Positions 17,925 to 27,828 of a DNA stretch of 64,000 nucleotides are shown here, in pieces. The position numbers and the translations under genes are program-made. The stretch comes from Gammaproteobacteria bacterium (GTDB taxonomy: Bacteria; Pseudomonadota; Gammaproteobacteria; Ga0077536). Below the pieces are notes generated by a model. It ran no database searches, was not told where the DNA came from, and saw only the letters and a program-made list of their open reading frames with translations. Each line of letters begins with the position of its first letter. Positions within the stretch are counted from its first letter, which is position 1. The stretch covers positions 1,002,304 through 1,066,303 of the forward strand of contig JBFXAQ010000001.1 in the NCBI GenBank assembly GCA_050184115.1. Reading direction: 5' to 3'.

Positions 17925-18839
17925 GTGCGCTTCCTCGCGCGGTTCGCCATGCGCGGGCCGTTCCAGGCGGCGGCGGTGGCGGCGGCGACCCTGCTCGGCG
18001 CCTTGTCGATCGGCATCCTGATCGTTCTCAGCGGGGCGACTGTCGGCCTCACGGCGCTGCGGCAGGGGTCGCGCGAAGGGCTGAAGATCATGGCGCTGGC
18101 GGCGAGTTTCATCGTCGCCGTGCGTTTCGGTCTCGGTTTGCCTGCGCAGCCGGTGCTGGTGCTCGGACTGGTGGTGTGGTTGCCGGCCTGGTTGATGGCG
18201 TTGAACCTGGCGCGCACGCAGCGCCAGGCCCTGCCGCTGATGATGATCGCGGCGCTGGTTGCGGCGTACGCCATCGCCATGCGACTCGGCGTCGGTGATG
18301 TCGACGCCTTCTGGGCTGCACGCCTGCGCGCCCTGTTCGACGCGTTGTCAGCCGAAGGCGGGCCGCGGCTGGGCACGGAGCAGGTCGCGATCATCGCCCA
18401 CCAGGTCCACCACTGGACCCTGGTCGCGATGTTCGCCCTGTTCGCCGCCACGATCCTGCTGGCGCGCTGGTGGCAGGGCGTGTTGTACAACCCCGGCGGT
18501 TTCGGCGCCGAGTTCCGCGAACTGCGCCTGCCCCGCCTGTTGCTGCCGCTGGCGGCGCTGAGCGGCGGCGGCATGCTGGCCGACCACGGTGGCATTGGCG
18601 GCTTCGCCATCGCCGGTGACGCTTTCGTGATCGTGGTGGTATTGTTCGCCTTCCAGGGTCTCGCGGTGATTCACCACCGTGCGCGCGTGGTGACGCTGGC
18701 CCGGGGCTGGTTGGTCGGGCTCTACGTGCTGCTCGCGCTGACGCCCCAGATCGTCGGCCCGGTGCTCGCCACTGCCGGCGTGGCCGACAGCGTCAGCGAC
18801 TTCCGCCGACTCGCGCCCCGCCGTGGAGGCGACGATTGA
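17925..18839 (+). CDS. DUF2232 (YybS-like) membrane protein
   Basis: Hydrophobic; LARWWQGVLYNPGGFGAEF motif; conserved position between rpsR and rplI. Confidence 0.8.
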   Translation: MRFLARFAMRGPFQAAAVAAATLLGALSIGILIVLSGATVGLTALRQGSREGLKIMALAASFIVAVRFGLGLPAQPVLVLGLVVWLPAWLMALNLARTQRQALPLMMIAALVAAYAIAMRLGVGDVDAFWAARLRALFDALSAEGGPRLGTEQVAIIAHQVHHWTLVAMFALFAATILLARWWQGVLYNPGGFGAEFRELRLPRLLLPLAALSGGGMLADHGGIGGFAIAGDAFVIVVVLFAFQGLAVIHHRARVVTLARGWLVGLYVLLALTPQIVGPVLATAGVADSVSDFRRLAPRRGGDD

Positions 18840-18947
18840 CGGGCTGCATCCCGCGACGACCCTGCGGAAGGCAGCCGTGAGAAGAATCCGGCACCGACGG
18901 CGGTGCCCTTGCTAACGCGCGGCCTTCCGCGCTCGAGGAAAGAAGCT

Positions 18948-19412
18948 ATGGACGTCATCCTGCTCGAAAAGATCCATCGTCTCGGTGCGCTCGGTGACCG
19001 CGTCACGGTCAGCGCCGGCTATGGCCGTAACTACCTCGTCCCGCAGCGCAAGGCGGTTCCGGCAACGCCGGACAACATCGCCCGCTTCGAGGAACAGCGC
19101 GCCGAACTCGAGCGCGCCCAGGCCGACGCCCTGGGGTCGGCGACCGCTCGTGCCGAAGCGCTCAAGGACATGGTCGTCACGGTGACCGCCAAGGCCGGCG
19201 CCGAAGGCAAGCTGTTCGGCTCGGTCGGCACCGCTGACATCGCCGACGCGGTGAATGCGGCCGGTGTGGCCATCGAGAAGCGTGAAGTACGCCTGCCCAA
19301 CGGCGCGCTGCGCGAGGTCGGCGACTTCGCCGTCGAAGTGCATCTGCATGCCGACGTCAATGCCGAGATCACCGTGCGCATCGTGGCCGAGGACGGCGTC
19401 GCCCAGGATTGA
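18948..19412 (+). CDS. rplI: 50S ribosomal protein L9
   Basis: [25 protein letters not shown]. Confidence 0.98.
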   Translation: MDVILLEKIHRLGALGDRVTVSAGYGRNYLVPQRKAVPATPDNIARFEEQRAELERAQADALGSATARAEALKDMVVTVTAKAGAEGKLFGSVGTADIADAVNAAGVAIEKREVRLPNGALREVGDFAVEVHLHADVNAEITVRIVAEDGVAQD

Positions 19413-19541
19413 TGATGGTCTGGGCGCGCAGCCGCGACAGCGTGCCCGGAGCAGGGCATGCACGGCGTGCCGCGCGCCGCGCCGGTGTCGCGGCTCCCGC
19501 CGCGCCGCGCCTTCAATCTGCGGTCGCTCGCTGCTGAAGAC

Positions 19542-20936
19542 ATGGCACTCGACTCGCCCGCTCGTTTCGTTGCCGACCTCGCCACCGACGCGCTGAAGGT
19601 CCCGCCTCATTCCATCGAGGCCGAGCAGGCCGTGCTCGGCGGCCTGATGCTCGACAACGAGGCCTTCGTGCAGGTCTCGGAGAAGATCAGCGCCGACGAT
19701 TTCTACCGGCGTGATCACGGCAGCGTCTACAGCGCCGTGCAGCAGCTCGCCAATGACAACAAGCCGTTCGACGTCGTCACCGTCGCCGAGTGGCTGGACA
19801 GCCATGGCAGCCTCGCCGCGGTCGGCGGCATGAGCTACCTCGCGCAGCTCGCCGAGAACACGCCGAGTGCAGCCAACATCGCGGCCTACGCGGACATCGT
19901 GCGCCAGCGCGCGATCCTGCGCGAGCTGATCAGCGCCGGCACCCAGATCGCCGACAGCGCGTTTCGTCCCGAAGGGCGCAGCCCCGACGACCTGCTCGAC
20001 GCCGCCGAGAGCCTGGTGTTCGAGATCGCCGAGCGCGAGTCACGCGGACGGCGCGGGTTCCGTCCCATCAAGGAACTGCTGGTCGACGCCCTCGATCGCA
20101 TCGATTACCTGTTCCAGCGCGACAACCCGCTCACCGGGGTCGCCACCGGTTTCTACGATCTCGATCGCAAGACGGCCGGCCTGCAGAAGTCCGACCTCGT
20201 CATCATCGCCGGTCGGCCGTCGATGGGTAAAACGGCCTTCGCACTCAACCTCGCGCAGAACGCCGCCATCAAGGAAGAGTTGCCGGTCGCCATCTTCTCG
20301 ATGGAAATGCCGAGCGAGCAGCTCGCCATGCGCATGCTGTCCTCGCTCGGGCGCATCGATCAGCACAAGGTGCGCACCGGCAAGCTGTCGGACGACGACT
20401 GGCCGCGCCTGACCAGCTCGGTCGGCATGCTGAGCGAGGTCAAGCTGTTCATCGACGACACCCCGGCACTGAGTCCGGGCGACCTGCGCGCACGCTGCCG
20501 GCGGCTCGCCCGCGAACACGGGCTCGGCCTGATCGTCATCGACTACCTGCAGCTCATGCAGGTGGCCGGTACCAAGGAGAACCGTGCCACCGAGATTTCT
20601 GAGATCTCACGCTCGCTGAAAGCGCTGGCGAAGGAACTCGAGTGCCCGGTCATCGCGCTCTCACAGCTCAACCGCAGCCTCGAGCAACGTAACGACAAGC
20701 GCCCGGTGATGTCGGACCTGCGCGAATCCGGCGCCATCGAACAGGATGCCGACGTCATCATGTTCATCTACCGCGACGAGGTCTACAACGAGGACAGCAC
20801 CGACAAGGGCATCGCGGAGATCATCATCGGCAAGCAGCGCAACGGTCCCATCGGCACCTGCAAGCTGCGCTTCTTCGGCGAGTACACCCTGTTCGAGAAC
20901 CTCTCGCACGAGGGCTTCGGCGGGGACTACGAATGA
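19542..20936 (+). CDS. dnaB: Replicative DNA helicase
   Basis: PPHSIEAEQAVLG, AGRPSMGKT (Walker A), IDYLQL, QLNR and DLRESGAIEQDAD. No intein. Confidence 0.98.
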   Translation: MALDSPARFVADLATDALKVPPHSIEAEQAVLGGLMLDNEAFVQVSEKISADDFYRRDHGSVYSAVQQLANDNKPFDVVTVAEWLDSHGSLAAVGGMSYLAQLAENTPSAANIAAYADIVRQRAILRELISAGTQIADSAFRPEGRSPDDLLDAAESLVFEIAERESRGRRGFRPIKELLVDALDRIDYLFQRDNPLTGVATGFYDLDRKTAGLQKSDLVIIAGRPSMGKTAFALNLAQNAAIKEELPVAIFSMEMPSEQLAMRMLSSLGRIDQHKVRTGKLSDDDWPRLTSSVGMLSEVKLFIDDTPALSPGDLRARCRRLAREHGLGLIVIDYLQLMQVAGTKENRATEISEISRSLKALAKELECPVIALSQLNRSLEQRNDKRPVMSDLRESGAIEQDADVIMFIYRDEVYNEDSTDKGIAEIIIGKQRNGPIGTCKLRFFGEYTLFENLSHEGFGGDYE

Positions 20937-22000
20937 CGCGGCCCGCGCGGGCGATCATCGACCCGCAGGCCGCCCGCCACAACCTCGAGATCGTCCGCCG
21001 TCGCGCACCGGGCGCGCGCGTCATGGCCGTGATCAAGGCCGACGCCTACGGTCACGGCATTGCCCGCATGGCGCGCCTGTTCGGCGCTGCCGACGCATAC
21101 GCGGTGGCCTCGCTGGAGGAGGCGGTAGCCCTGCGCGAAGGCGGCGCGAGCAAATCCATCGTACTGCTCGAAGGGCCGTTCGAAGCTGCCGAGATTCCCA
21201 CCATCGTCGGCCTCGGCCTCGAGGTCGTGGTGCACACCGACGAACAGGTCGCGATGCTCAACGCAGCGCGTTGTCGCCTGCCGGTGTGGCTCAAGTTCGA
21301 CACCGGCATGCATCGCCTGGGTTTCGACCCGCGGCGCTTCGCCGAGGTGGTCGAGGCGGTACGCGATTGCGCTGCGCCGCTGCGCTTCATGACCCATTTC
21401 GCCAACGCGCATCGTCGTGGTGACGACAGCGTCGCCGCCCAGCACGCCCGCTTCGAGGCGATGCTCGGCGCCACGCCGGGTGAACGCAGCCTGGCGAATT
21501 CGGGCGCGCTGCTGACGCGTCCCGCCGCGCATGGTGACTGGGTGCGGCCCGGTCTCATGCTCTACGGCGTCTCGCCTCTCGACGACGTGCCGGCGGCGGA
21601 TCTCGATCTGCGCCCGGTCATGACGCTGCGCTCGCGCCTCATCGCCGTGCGCCGTGTGGCGGCCGGCGAGGCCGTCGGTTATGGCGGCGCCTTCGTGTGC
21701 CCGGAAGAGATGCCCGTGGGCGTGGTTGCCTACGGGTATGCCGACGGCTATCCGCGTCATGCGCGCACCGGTACCCCGGTGCTGGTGCGCGGCGTGCGCA
21801 CGCAGGTCATCGGTAATTGTTCGATGGACATGATGACCGTCGATCTGCGCCCGGTGCCGCAGGCTGTTTTCGGTGATCCGGTCACGCTATGGGGCGAGGG
21901 CCTTCCCGTCGAGGACGTCGCGCGCGCCTCGGACACCATTCCCTACGAACTCCTGTGCCGGGTACGCATGCGCGCCCATTACGCCGAGGGCACGCCTTGA
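20933..22000 (+). CDS. alr: Alanine racemase
   Basis: AVIKADAYGHG (PLP lysine), DTGMHRLG, VRPGLMLYG, GYADGYPR. Confidence 0.96.
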   Translation: MTRPARAIIDPQAARHNLEIVRRRAPGARVMAVIKADAYGHGIARMARLFGAADAYAVASLEEAVALREGGASKSIVLLEGPFEAAEIPTIVGLGLEVVVHTDEQVAMLNAARCRLPVWLKFDTGMHRLGFDPRRFAEVVEAVRDCAAPLRFMTHFANAHRRGDDSVAAQHARFEAMLGATPGERSLANSGALLTRPAAHGDWVRPGLMLYGVSPLDDVPAADLDLRPVMTLRSRLIAVRRVAAGEAVGYGGAFVCPEEMPVGVVAYGYADGYPRHARTGTPVLVRGVRTQVIGNCSMDMMTVDLRPVPQAVFGDPVTLWGEGLPVEDVARASDTIPYELLCRVRMRAHYAEGTP

Positions 22001-23361
22001 AAGCGAAGACCCAGTACCAGTGCCAGCAGTGCGGCGCGCTGGCGGCGAAATGGTCCGGCCAATGCGGCGAATGCGAGGCCTGGAACACGCTGGTGGAGAC
22101 GCGCGTCGAAGCGACGCCGGACAAGCGCCAGCGGTTCAGCGGCGGCGGTACGGCGCCCCGCGTGCAAACCCTGGGCGAGGTTGCCACCGAGGAGCAACCG
22201 CGCCTCGACACCGGGCTCGGCGAACTCAACCGCGTGCTCGGTGGCGGGCTGGTGGTCGGTTCGGTCGTCCTGCTCGGCGGTGATCCCGGCATCGGCAAGA
22301 CGACCCTGCTGCTGCAGAGCCTGGCGGCGACACGCGGCTTGAACGGTGTCGACGCGCTGTACGTCAGCGGCGAGGAATCGGCCGCGCAGATCGCGCTGCG
22401 CGCCGAGCGGCTCAAGCTGCCGGTGGCGGACCTCAAGCTTCTGACCGAAACCGATCTCGAACGCATCCTCGTTGAGGCCGCGCGGGTGAAGCCGGCGGTA
22501 CTCGTGATCGACTCGATCCAGACCGTCTACTCCGACGCGCTGCAATCACCGCCCGGCAGCGTCGGCCAGGTTCGCGAATGCGCCTCGCGACTGGTCGGTT
22601 TCGCCAAGAGCAGCGGCACCGCGCTGTATCTCATCGGGCATGTGACCAAGGACGGCAGCATCGCCGGCCCGCGCGTGCTCGAGCACATGGTCGACGCGAC
22701 GCTTTACTTCGAGGGCGACCCGGATGGTCGCTACCGCATGATCCGCGCGATCAAGAACCGCTTCGGCGCGGTCAACGAACTCGGTGTGTTCGCCATGAGC
22801 GACGCGGGCCTGCGTGAGATCGCCAACCCGAGTGCTATCCTGTTGTCCCGTCACGAAACCGCGGTGCCCGGCAGCGTGGTGATGGTCACGCGCGAGGGCA
22901 CGCGCCCGATGCTGGTCGAGGTCCAGGCCCTGGTCGACGAATCACAACTCGGCAACCCACGCCGCGTCACCGTCGGCCTGGACCAGAACCGCCTGTCGAT
23001 GCTGCTCGCCGTGCTCAACCGTCATGGCGGCGTGTCGACCGCGGGGTGCGACGTGTTCGCAAACATCGTCGGCGGTGTGCGGGTGACCGAGACCGGGGCC
23101 GATCTCGCGATCGTGCTCGCGGTGCTGTCCTCCCTGCGCGATCGGCCCTTGCCCAACGATCTCGTCGCTTTCGGCGAAATTGGCCTGGCCGGCGAGATCC
23201 GGCCCGTACCCGGCGGCCCGGAACGTCTGCGCGAAGCAGCCAAGCACGGCTTCCGCCGCGCTATCGTGCCGCGCGGCAACGTTCCCAAGCCCCTGCCCGA
23301 TGGCATCGAGGTAACCGTGGTGTCACGCCTCGGCGAAGCGTTGGAGGCGGCCCAGGGTTGA
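21997..23361 (+). CDS. radA: DNA repair protein RadA
   Basis: TTG start overlapping the alr stop; CQQC...CGEC zinc finger, GGDPGIGKT, KNRFG and Lon-like C-terminal domain. Confidence 0.97.
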   Translation: MKAKTQYQCQQCGALAAKWSGQCGECEAWNTLVETRVEATPDKRQRFSGGGTAPRVQTLGEVATEEQPRLDTGLGELNRVLGGGLVVGSVVLLGGDPGIGKTTLLLQSLAATRGLNGVDALYVSGEESAAQIALRAERLKLPVADLKLLTETDLERILVEAARVKPAVLVIDSIQTVYSDALQSPPGSVGQVRECASRLVGFAKSSGTALYLIGHVTKDGSIAGPRVLEHMVDATLYFEGDPDGRYRMIRAIKNRFGAVNELGVFAMSDAGLREIANPSAILLSRHETAVPGSVVMVTREGTRPMLVEVQALVDESQLGNPRRVTVGLDQNRLSMLLAVLNRHGGVSTAGCDVFANIVGGVRVTETGADLAIVLAVLSSLRDRPLPNDLVAFGEIGLAGEIRPVPGGPERLREAAKHGFRRAIVPRGNVPKPLPDGIEVTVVSRLGEALEAAQG

Positions 23362-23397
23362 GCGCGACCGGCGCGACCCTTCGTACCGCAGGTGCCC

Positions 23398-23429
23398 GAA
23401 ACGAAACGACCCCGCCGAGGCGGGGTCGT
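23398..23429 (-). terminator. Intrinsic terminator for the PEP-CTERM gene (possibly bidirectional with radA)
   Basis: 10-bp stem ACGACCCCGC-CGAG-GCGGGGTCGT (23406-23429), followed on the minus strand by TTCGTTT. Confidence 0.7.
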
Positions 23430-23459
23430 CATATCGCGATTGGCGAACGAGGTGTGCGA

Positions 23460-24335
23460 TCAGGCAGCCGCCGTGCTGCGGCGACGGCGCAGTCGTACGC
23501 CGACCAGGCCCAGTGCGACGATGGCCAGCGAGGCCGGCTCCGGCACGCTCTCGTTCGGCGGCGGCGGTGGGATGTCGGTGTAACAACCCGAGATCGAAGC
23601 GATCTTGAAGCGGTCGTTGCCGCCCGCAACCACGCCGTTGCCGTAGGTCGCTCCCATGTTGACGACTGCATCCATGACCGCGCCGACGGCCCAGAAGCTC
23701 GACGCGTAGTTGAGGATGTTGCCGTTGGTGACGGCCTCGAGGTCGAGGGAGCCGTTGACGTCGTTCTCGTCGTAGTCGAAGCTGCCGATGAGGTTCCAGC
23801 CGTTGGCGATCATGTTGGTGTAGGAGAAACCGTTGCTGCCCGGCGGGGTGTCGGGCCCCCACTCGGAGCCGGGCGGCACCGGCTCGAAAGCGAACAGCGA
23901 GAAGTCGGCATCGGTGCTCCACCAGCCCATCGAGATCTGGGAGATGGTGACCGGCGACTCGAACTCGAAGATCACGAGGTCGTAGCCACCCGAGTTGTCG
24001 AAGGCGTGGTAGGGCGAGCCTTCGCCACCGCTGCCCCAGTTGTTGTCGTAGTTGAGCGAGAGGTGATCCGCGCCGTAAATGGTCAGCGGCCGCGCGATGA
24101 AATTGCTGTAGTCGGTGTTCTGGTGATAACCCGTGGCGTCGACCGCGATGCCGGGCGGATTGGAATCCGGGTCGGTACTGGTGAAGTTCCAGTCGTAGCT
24201 CGTGCAGGTGGCGCCGCCACCGCCGCCGCCGCCGCCGCCATCACCGCAGTTGTTGTAGTTGTACCAGGCGTAGGAATTCGCAGCGAAAGCGAGGCAGAGC
24301 GCGCCGAGCGCGGATACCGTGATTTTCTTGTTCAT
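23460..24335 (-). CDS. PEP-CTERM exosortase-sorted surface protein (resembles the XDP1-type family)
   Basis: Signal peptide MNKKITVSALGALCLAFAANSYA; C-terminal VPEPASLAIVALGLVGVRLRRRR; core PYHAFDN...DLVIFEF...MGW...DADFS motif. Alternative start at 24344. Confidence 0.9.
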   Translation of the reverse strand: MNKKITVSALGALCLAFAANSYAWYNYNNCGDGGGGGGGGGATCTSYDWNFTSTDPDSNPPGIAVDATGYHQNTDYSNFIARPLTIYGADHLSLNYDNNWGSGGEGSPYHAFDNSGGYDLVIFEFESPVTISQISMGWWSTDADFSLFAFEPVPPGSEWGPDTPPGSNGFSYTNMIANGWNLIGSFDYDENDVNGSLDLEAVTNGNILNYASSFWAVGAVMDAVVNMGATYGNGVVAGGNDRFKIASISGCYTDIPPPPPNESVPEPASLAIVALGLVGVRLRRRRSTAAA

Positions 24336-24408
24336 GGATTTCATCCCATCGTCGAATCTGGTGCCGCCGGGCCCCGAGGGGGTATCCAGCGGGCATTGCG
24401 TTCTTGTG

Positions 24409-24424
24409 TGCAAAATCTGGGCCG
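24409..24424 (-). promoter_or_regulatory. sigma54 (-24/-12) promoter of the PEP-CTERM gene
   Basis: Minus strand reads CGGCCCAGATTTTGCA: GG-N10-GC with TTTTGCA, about 65-75 nt upstream of the start. An A/T tract (24426-24450) lies immediately upstream. Confidence 0.7.
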
Positions 24425-24498
24425 GAATATTTTTATTTTTGAATTTCATTCGGTTACGGAAATCGCTCTGTCTGCTGCAGACCCTCGTGCCCACGATC

Positions 24499-24515
24499 TG
24501 TAAATTCCATTGACA
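24499..24515. promoter_or_regulatory. Putative enhancer-binding-protein site (PEP-CTERM-box-like), copy 1
   Basis: TGTAAATTCCATTGACA, i.e. TGT-N11-ACA, about 75 nt upstream of the -24 element. Confidence 0.6.
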
Positions 24516-24854
24516 CCCTGTAGCTCGACAAAGCGTCGCGGGCCATGGCTGGCGACGACGCGAATCTTAGCCGGCGTGGGACCACCCAACCACCGAGCAG
24601 CCGACATTCGAGCCTCTTGTAACCAATCTTCACACCTCGTCCGCCCAGCGCATCTCGTTGCAAGCGCCCCGGATGGCTCCGCGAACGAAGACAACTCCTT
24701 GTTCCGGAACGTTTTATATCCACGTGACCGGGCGGGAATCGGGTACGGGACGAGATCGCCCGCCGCCAATCCCAGCCGCCTCCCGGGCCGGTACCGGAGC
24801 GCCACCGAGCCGTCCGTGGGCCGGTATTCCACGCGGCGCGCGCCGGTTCGCGCG

Positions 24855-24871
24855 TGTAAAGAATCCTGACA
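24855..24871. promoter_or_regulatory. Putative enhancer-binding-protein site, copy 2
   Basis: TGTAAAGAATCCTGACA: same TGTAAA-N6-TGACA pattern and orientation as copy 1, 356 nt away. Confidence 0.5.
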
Positions 24872-24882
24872 CCGGGAGTGGG

Positions 24883-27705
24883 TCAGGGGGCGCCGGCTGC
24901 GAGGTTGTCGCGTAGCGCGAGGGCTTGGGTGCGACTGGCGAAGGCGCGGCCGTTGGCCAGCGCATGCTCGACTTCCTGGCGCGCCTCGCCGGCGCGTCCG
25001 AGCTTGTCGAGGACGACGGCGAGGTGGTAGCGGATCTCGTTGTCGGCCGCGCGGCGCGCGACCGCCTCACGCAGGTATTTCAAGGCTTCTTCATGCGCGC
25101 CAGTCTGCGCGAGGATCCAGCCCAGCGTGTCGTTCAGGACCGGGTCCTGCGGGGCGATGCCGTAGCCTGAACGCGCGATTTCGAGCGCCTGTGCCGGGTC
25201 ACCGAGTTCGAGGTTCAGCAGGGCGAAATTGTTGAGCAGGGCGGCGTCCTTTGGGCGGGTCGCGACGAGTTCGGCGTAGAGCGCGCGGGCTTGCGCCAGG
25301 TCGCCCGCCTGGATCAGGTGCTCGCCGAGCGCGGCCTTGACCGAGATGTCGTCCGGATGCTGTTCGAGCCACCGTTCGAGGCGCTGGCGTGCTTCGTCCT
25401 GGCGCCCGGCAGCGGCGAGTGCGCGGTAGCCGCCGAGTGTGCCCTCGGTGGTCGGGCGGTGCGCGTTGGCCTGGTCGTAGTCGTCGAGCGCGGCAGCGTA
25501 ATCCTTCAGGCCGAGCGCGGCCTGGGCGCGAAACACGAAAGCCATTGCGAGGTCGGGATGCTCGGTTATCAGGGCCGAGGCGCGCTCGCGGGCTTGCGCG
25601 AAATCGCGCTTGGCCAGCGAGACCTCGACCTGTGCCAGCCGTACGCCAGTGTGCTCGGGGTTCTCTTGCAGCGCCTTGAACAGCGAGTACTCGGCGTCGG
25701 CGAATTGCCGGATGCGGATCTGGAAGGACGCCGTGCGCAATTGTCTGCCAGGGTCGAAGCCGGCCACCTGGGACATGTTCTTGAGCGCTGCGCGTGCGTC
25801 CTCGCGGCGGTCGAGACGCACCAGGACCGTGGCGAGCCGTTCCAGCACCTCGAAGTTGGTTTCGGCGCGGGCCTTCGCGCGCAGGGCGAGATCATAGGCT
25901 TTGTCGAGCTTGTTGTCGGCGAGGTAGAGGTCGTAGAGGTGGAACAGGGCGTCGAGCCCGGCCTTGCGCGGCCGTGCGGCGTCTTCGGCCAGTCGCAGGC
26001 CTTCGCGCTGGTCGCCCGCCGCCAGCGCGACACGGGACAGTTCCAGGATGACCTTGGAGTCGTCGGGCTTGACCGCGAGCAGCTGCTCCAAGCGCGCGCG
26101 GGCCGCATCGAGATTGCCGGTGCGCAGGTCGAGCTTGGCGAGGTTGATCGCGGCAGGGCGGAAATCAGGCTTTTCGGTGAGGATGCGCTCGAACACCGCG
26201 CGCGCCTCGGTCATCTCGTCGGCAGAGAACAAGGCGATGCCGAGCAGGTTGCCGAACACCGCGTTCGCGGGGTCGGTGGCAGCGAGTACGCGCGCCGCCT
26301 TGACCGCTTCATCGAGGCGATTCTGGCGCAGGTAGGTCACCACCAGGCCGATGCCGCCCTGGGCATCGGACGGATCCTCGGCGAAGGCCGCAGCGAGGTT
26401 GGACAGACCTTGTTCGACGCGACCGGCGCCGATGTTCAGCATCGCGAGGCGACCGCGCGCGGCCGCGGCGCTGTGTTTCTGTCCGGTGACGTCCTGGAGC
26501 AGGCTCGTGGCCTTGGTCTCGTAACCGCTGATGGCATAGGCCGTGGCCAGGAGCAGGCGCGCGCGGCCGTCGTTGGGCGCCAGGCTCGTCAGCGGTTCGA
26601 GCACCGGGATGGCCCGGCGCGCCGCGCCGAGCCGCAACAGGATGTCGCCGAGCGCCTTGCGTGCACCGACGTCGTTCGGCTGCTTGGCGATGTAGGCTTG
26701 CAGCGGCGCGGCCGCGGCCTCGTAACGCTGCAGGCCGTAGTTGGCCATGCCGAGGATGAGTTGCAGCGCCGGGTCGTCGCGAAATGCTTCCTCGTCGAGT
26801 GGCGTCAGTGCGGTGATCGCGACTTCCAGCGCGGCCCCGGCAGCCTCGAGATCGCCCGCGCGGGCGGCGATGACCGAGCGCAGGTAGGCCGCGCGCGGTT
26901 CCTGCGGAAATTCTTCGTCCAGGTAATCGAGATCGGGCATCGCGTCCGCGTCGCGGGCAAGGTCGATGAGCAGGCCGATGCGGGCGATGCGGACGTCGAG
27001 GTTGCGCGGTGTGAGTTCGAGTGCCTTGCCGTAGGCGTCGAGCGCGGCGGACGGTTCGCGCAAGGCATGCAGGACCGCGCCGTAGAGGCTCCAGGCCTGG
27101 CTGCTCTTGGGATGGCGGGTGACGGCATCGGCAACGATTTCACGCGCGGCGCGCGGCTCGTTCTCGTGCATCTCGAGGGTCGCGCGCGCCAGGCGTGCTT
27201 CCAGCAAATCGGGAACGCGGGCCTCCGCGCGTTCGATTTCCTCCTCCGCCTCGGCGGTATCGTGGCGCAGGAGATGGGCCTGGGCGCGCAACGCGTGCAC
27301 GTGGGCGGCGGTGGCATCGGCGAGGCCGTCCGGCTTGAGTTCCACGAGGACCCGCGCGGCCTTGCGCTGCAACAGCAGGGCATCGCCGAGCAGCGGCAGC
27401 ACCAGCCCGCGATCGGCGCCGGCGGCGAGTGCCGTGCGCAGCGAGTCTTCCGCGGCGAGTCCGAGCGACTGTTCGAGGTAGATGCGACCGGCCAGGATCA
27501 GCGACGGCAGGTGATTGGGGTCGGCCTGCAGGGCGTTCTTGAGTTCGATGATCGCTTCGAGCGCCTGATCCTGGGCTTCGTACTGGATGGCTTTCTCGTG
27601 GAACCCGGCGGCGCTGTCCGGCGCGAGCGCGGCGTGGGCCGCGAACGGCACGCCGCAGCTCAGCGCGCCGAAGAGTAGCAACCATGTGGCGGTACGGTTG
27701 GACAT
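24883..27705 (-). CDS. PEP-CTERM system TPR-repeat protein, PrsT-like (940 aa)
   Basis: Signal peptide; AIIELKNALQADP N-terminal motif; TPR-like helices throughout; LNDTLGWIL near the C-terminus; adjacent to a PEP-CTERM gene. Confidence 0.8.
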   Translation of the reverse strand: MSNRTATWLLLFGALSCGVPFAAHAALAPDSAAGFHEKAIQYEAQDQALEAIIELKNALQADPNHLPSLILAGRIYLEQSLGLAAEDSLRTALAAGADRGLVLPLLGDALLLQRKAARVLVELKPDGLADATAAHVHALRAQAHLLRHDTAEAEEEIERAEARVPDLLEARLARATLEMHENEPRAAREIVADAVTRHPKSSQAWSLYGAVLHALREPSAALDAYGKALELTPRNLDVRIARIGLLIDLARDADAMPDLDYLDEEFPQEPRAAYLRSVIAARAGDLEAAGAALEVAITALTPLDEEAFRDDPALQLILGMANYGLQRYEAAAAPLQAYIAKQPNDVGARKALGDILLRLGAARRAIPVLEPLTSLAPNDGRARLLLATAYAISGYETKATSLLQDVTGQKHSAAAARGRLAMLNIGAGRVEQGLSNLAAAFAEDPSDAQGGIGLVVTYLRQNRLDEAVKAARVLAATDPANAVFGNLLGIALFSADEMTEARAVFERILTEKPDFRPAAINLAKLDLRTGNLDAARARLEQLLAVKPDDSKVILELSRVALAAGDQREGLRLAEDAARPRKAGLDALFHLYDLYLADNKLDKAYDLALRAKARAETNFEVLERLATVLVRLDRREDARAALKNMSQVAGFDPGRQLRTASFQIRIRQFADAEYSLFKALQENPEHTGVRLAQVEVSLAKRDFAQARERASALITEHPDLAMAFVFRAQAALGLKDYAAALDDYDQANAHRPTTEGTLGGYRALAAAGRQDEARQRLERWLEQHPDDISVKAALGEHLIQAGDLAQARALYAELVATRPKDAALLNNFALLNLELGDPAQALEIARSGYGIAPQDPVLNDTLGWILAQTGAHEEALKYLREAVARRAADNEIRYHLAVVLDKLGRAGEARQEVEHALANGRAFASRTQALALRDNLAAGAP

Positions 27706-27828
27706 CGTGTACCTAGCGGCAGTCGTGGAGGAGCACTTTACCAGACCGCTTGAGACGCTCGTGACGCGGGGTTGTTCCGCAGCGCGCATTGACCATCGTT
27801 CACGATCACGCGGGACGTGCGCACGAGG

